From NCBI GenBank assembly GCA_963741305.1, contig CAVUHL010000003.1, positions 2,959,675 to 3,023,674 of the forward strand: a stretch of 64,000 bases of DNA. Reading direction: 5' to 3'. Both the position numbers and the translations under genes were made by a program. Of this stretch, positions 61,111 to 64,000 are shown piece after piece. Under the pieces are notes generated by a model, which saw only the letters and a program-made list of their open reading frames with translations, was not told the origin of the DNA and ran no database searches. This DNA is from an uncultured Holophagales bacterium (lineage in GTDB: Bacteria; Acidobacteriota; Thermoanaerobaculia; Multivoradales; UBA5704). Position 1 is the stretch's first letter. Each line of letters begins with the position of its first letter.

Positions 61111-62603
61111 CCTTCGACCTTGCGATCGTAGGTTCCGGATTCGGCGGCTCGCTGCTGGCGATGATCGCGCGCCGGCTCGGGCTCTCCGTGGTGCTGCTGG
61201 ACCGAGGCCGTCACCCGCGCTTCGCCATCGGAGAGTCCTCCACGCCACTGGCCAACCTGCTGCTGGAAGAGCTGGCGACGCGCTACGACCTGCCCCGTCT
61301 CCTGCCGCTGACCAAGTGGGGAACCTGGCAGAGCAGCTATCCCGAAATCGCCTGCGGCCTCAAGCGCGGGTTCTCCTTCTATCATCACACCTTCGATCGT
61401 CCCTTCTCCAACCGCCGCGACGATCAGCTCCTGGTGGCAGCCAGCCCGCACGACGCGATCGCCGACACACACTGGTACCGCCCTGATTTCGATCACTTTC
61501 TCGTGAACGAAGCACAGCGGCTGGGAGCGGTCTTCTACGATCAGGTCGAGCTCGACCGCTTCACACCGGGTGAGCTCGAAGGCACGCGCAACGGCCAACG
61601 GCTGGCGCTCCGCGCCCGTTTCGTGGTGGATGCAACGGGACCCCGCGGCTTCCTGCACCGTGCGCTGAACCTGCCCGAATCCCCCTTCCCCAATCTTCCG
61701 GCCACCGAGGGCCTCTACGCGCACTTTCAGGGCGTACGGCGGCTCGACACGAACGAATCACCGCCCTACCCGGTGGATGATGCCGCCCTGCACCATGTCT
61801 TCGACGGCGGCTGGATCTGGGTTCTGCGCTTCAACAATGGGATCACGAGCGCCGGGGCCGCGGTCACCGCCGCCTTGGCCCGGGAGCTGAATCTGGCCGA
61901 GGGAGCCCCCGCCTGGGAAAGATTACTGGCACACCTGCCCACCGTGGCCGAGCAGTTTGCCGAAGCCGAGCCGGTCACACCCTTCGTCCACCAGCGCCCC
62001 CTCGCCTTTCGCAGCTCGCGCTTCACCGGCGAGCGCTGGGCGATGCTCCCCTCTGCGGCCGGCTTCATCGATCCGCTGCTCTCGACGGGCTTTCCGCTCA
62101 CCCTTCTCGGTGTCGCCCGGCTGGCGGACGCTCTTGAGCACGGCTTCGAAGAGCGGCTGCCAGCCTACGAGGCCGAAACGGGCCAGGATTTGGAGGCCGC
62201 CGAGCGGCTGATCGCCGCGCTCTATGCCAACCTCGGCGACTTTCCGCGCTTCACAGCGCTCTCGCTCCTCTACTTCGCGGCTGCCTCCTTCACGGAAACC
62301 GCCCGCCGTCTGGGCCGGCCGCAGCTCGCCGGAGCCTTCCTGCTGAGCGACCATCCCTGGTTCGGGCCGCGGTCGCGCGCCTGTTGCGAGCGCGCCCTGA
62401 GCTCCCGCGATCCGGAGCTGATCGAAGAGATCCACCGCGCCATCGAGCCAATCGATGTTGCCGGCCTGGGGGACCGGAGCCGCCACAATTGGTACCCGGT
62501 GGAAGCCGAGGATCTGCTAGCCGCCGCCGGAAAGCTCGAAACCACGCCCGAGGAGATCGAGATCCTCCTGCGGCGTTCCAACTTCCGAGCTAACTTATTG
62601 TAG
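61092..62603 (+). CDS. Flavin-dependent halogenase-like oxidoreductase
   Basis: GSGFGG, HPRFAIGES, LKRG, GWIWVLRF, AGFIDPLLSTG. Confidence 0.85.
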   Translation: MRGQRLTFDLAIVGSGFGGSLLAMIARRLGLSVVLLDRGRHPRFAIGESSTPLANLLLEELATRYDLPRLLPLTKWGTWQSSYPEIACGLKRGFSFYHHTFDRPFSNRRDDQLLVAASPHDAIADTHWYRPDFDHFLVNEAQRLGAVFYDQVELDRFTPGELEGTRNGQRLALRARFVVDATGPRGFLHRALNLPESPFPNLPATEGLYAHFQGVRRLDTNESPPYPVDDAALHHVFDGGWIWVLRFNNGITSAGAAVTAALARELNLAEGAPAWERLLAHLPTVAEQFAEAEPVTPFVHQRPLAFRSSRFTGERWAMLPSAAGFIDPLLSTGFPLTLLGVARLADALEHGFEERLPAYEAETGQDLEAAERLIAALYANLGDFPRFTALSLLYFAAASFTETARRLGRPQLAGAFLLSDHPWFGPRSRACCERALSSRDPELIEEIHRAIEPIDVAGLGDRSRHNWYPVEAEDLLAAAGKLETTPEEIEILLRRSNFRANLL

Positions 62604-62624
62604 GGGAGGGGCTTGCCCCCTCCC
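62600..62624. repeat. GTAG-type REP hairpin
   Basis: GTAG followed by the GGGAGGGG...CCCCTCCC stem-loop. Confidence 0.55.
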
Positions 62625-62659
62625 GGGTGGGTGTAAATCCCCGACGAGAAGAACCTTCC

Positions 62660-63155
62660 TTACGTTGAAATGTAACCAGCCTACGTTGAAATCACTCGAT
62701 CCCACGTGGAAAAGGAAGCAGCCTACGTTGAAATGGAAGAATCCTACGTTGAAAAGTGTCCTTCCTTTTCAACGTAGACTGCATCGTACGTTGAAAGTTT
62801 TCGATCCTACGTTGAAATCCAGGCATTCTACGTTGAAATGAATCCATCCTACGTCGAAGTAGAGATACACTTTTCAACGTAGTGCGCATACTTCTCCACG
62901 CAGAATGGACTCTTTTCCACACAAGATCGATCCTATGTTGAAATCCCTCGATTCATTTCAACATAGAAAGCTCTCTACGTTGAAAGCTCTTCGCTCTTTT
63001 CAACATACACTCCATTCTACGTTGAAATCCAACCCGTCTACGTTGAAAAGACTGTAGCCTACGTTGAAAACTGCGCGTCCCTTTCAACGTAGAATGGACA
63101 CCGAGCCGCTCCTCCGGTATCCTGGAAGCCAGTCAACCCCGACTTTTCAACGTAG
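62660..63155. repeat. 21-bp phased mixed-orientation array, core CTACGTTGAAA
   Basis: 14 forward and 8 inverted cores fill 22 of 24 consecutive 21-bp slots; linkers are variable. Confidence 0.95.
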
Positions 63156-63188
63156 GACCGGCACTTCGTGACGCTGGAGGGATCTGGA

Positions 63189-63707
63189 ATGGGCTCGACT
63201 CTGTCCATCGACGCCGCGCTCGCCCAGATGGAGGCGAAGATCGCGCACCACAAGGCGCAGCACGAGCACCACGCGGGGCAGGAGGCGCACCTCGCCCAGC
63301 AGCAGGCGTTCCACGCCGAGCAGAAGGCGGTCCACGAGGCCGAGCACCGGAAGGCGATCGAGCGATACGAGACCTTCAAGGCCGCCTCCGCCTCCATCGG
63401 CGAGATGATCGTGGACGAGAAGCCCGCGTCTCCGCCCCCTCCCCCGCCGCCCGAGGCCATCGACGTCGGCAACTGGCGCTGGCTGAGCAAGATGATGAGC
63501 CTCGTTCTCGAGCCCAAGGCCCCGGACGAAGTCTTCGGCGCCTCGGTGCTCATCCAGGAGATCCAAAAGCGCTGGGGTCCGAAGCTGCGCCACCCCATCC
63601 AGCCAAGGAGCGTCTCCGCCACCCTCCGCCGCTGGGCCACCATGGGCCAGATCCGCCTCGTCCGGGACGGCCGCTCGTACTACGAGTCCCTGTACACGAA
63701 GCGATAG
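63189..63707 (+). CDS. Hypothetical His-rich coiled-coil plus putative winged-helix protein (paralog B)
   Basis: GGAGGG RBS; homologous to 35443..35940. Confidence 0.85.
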   Translation: MGSTLSIDAALAQMEAKIAHHKAQHEHHAGQEAHLAQQQAFHAEQKAVHEAEHRKAIERYETFKAASASIGEMIVDEKPASPPPPPPPEAIDVGNWRWLSKMMSLVLEPKAPDEVFGASVLIQEIQKRWGPKLRHPIQPRSVSATLRRWATMGQIRLVRDGRSYYESLYTKR

Positions 63708-63830
63708 GCCAGGGGCTGGAAGGCGGCCACAGGAATGCTTCTGCGGCCTGCCTTTGCCGCCGCAGCATCTCGCCCCTCCCTAGATCACTCGCGCTTCAAA
63801 CGCCCGGCCCAACAGGCATCCCTTCCTTGA

Positions 63831-63887
63831 GTGCATATATGCACCCGGAACTATCGCGTTGACGTTGATAAGAGAAAGTTGTAACCT
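63831..63887 (+). promoter_or_regulatory. Putative sigma70 promoter with upstream palindromic operator for a gene beyond the window
   Basis: GTGCATATATGCAC palindrome at 63831-63844; TTGACG(63859)-N17-TAACCT(63882). Confidence 0.4.
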
Positions 63888-64000
63888 ATCAAAGTCCAGA
63901 GATACAGGAGTCGCGCCTATCGTCGCCTCTCCACGGCTTCACGTGGAGTAAAGAGCACGAAGGTGACGTAGCAGCTAACGTTGGCGGTTGGGGAGCGAGC

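Noticed and set aside
62692-62922. Heptad-repeat ORF (FQRR repeats) on the minus strand
   Set aside because: It is a by-product of the 21-bp period: it covers only part of the array, and in-place inversion of cores argues against protein-level selection.
62660-63155. Canonical CRISPR array
   Set aside because: The repeat is only 11-13 bp, spacers are 8-10 bp, orientations are mixed, and there are no cas genes in the window.
63861-63870. GACGTTGATA as a further array unit downstream of paralog B
   Set aside because: It is a single partial match out of the 21-bp phase and overlaps a plausible -35 box.

Overview
High-GC bacterial chromosomal segment. ADOP-type permease, ELWxxDGT proteins and lineage-typical REPs suggest Acidobacteriota, probably Thermoanaerobaculia-like (inference). 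Housekeeping genes: acyl-CoA ligase, nagZ, mutS, tsaB, rimI, psd, pssA, murJ, lysC-lysA fusion, etfBA, yebC. Accessory blocks: (i) a kaiA-less kaiC-kaiB-kaiB operon embedded among four paralogous hybrid histidine kinases; (ii) a Y1/HUH TnpA(REP)-type gene with its REP/REPIN island; (iii) a six-gene operon of exported RoxA/MauG-like di-heme cytochromes and lipoproteins; (iv) an AsnB-like ligase, radical SAM and flavin halogenase trio. The most striking unexplained structure is a pair of paralogous small proteins with a His-rich coiled coil and a putative winged helix (35443-35940 and 63189-63707). Each is preceded by a 300-500 bp non-coding array in which a paralog-specific core motif recurs on a 21-bp register in both orientations, separated by variable linkers. 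A third, orphan 21-bp array lies at 10379-10643. No rRNA, tRNA or canonical CRISPR array was recognised. All calls come from manual reading; no database searches were run.
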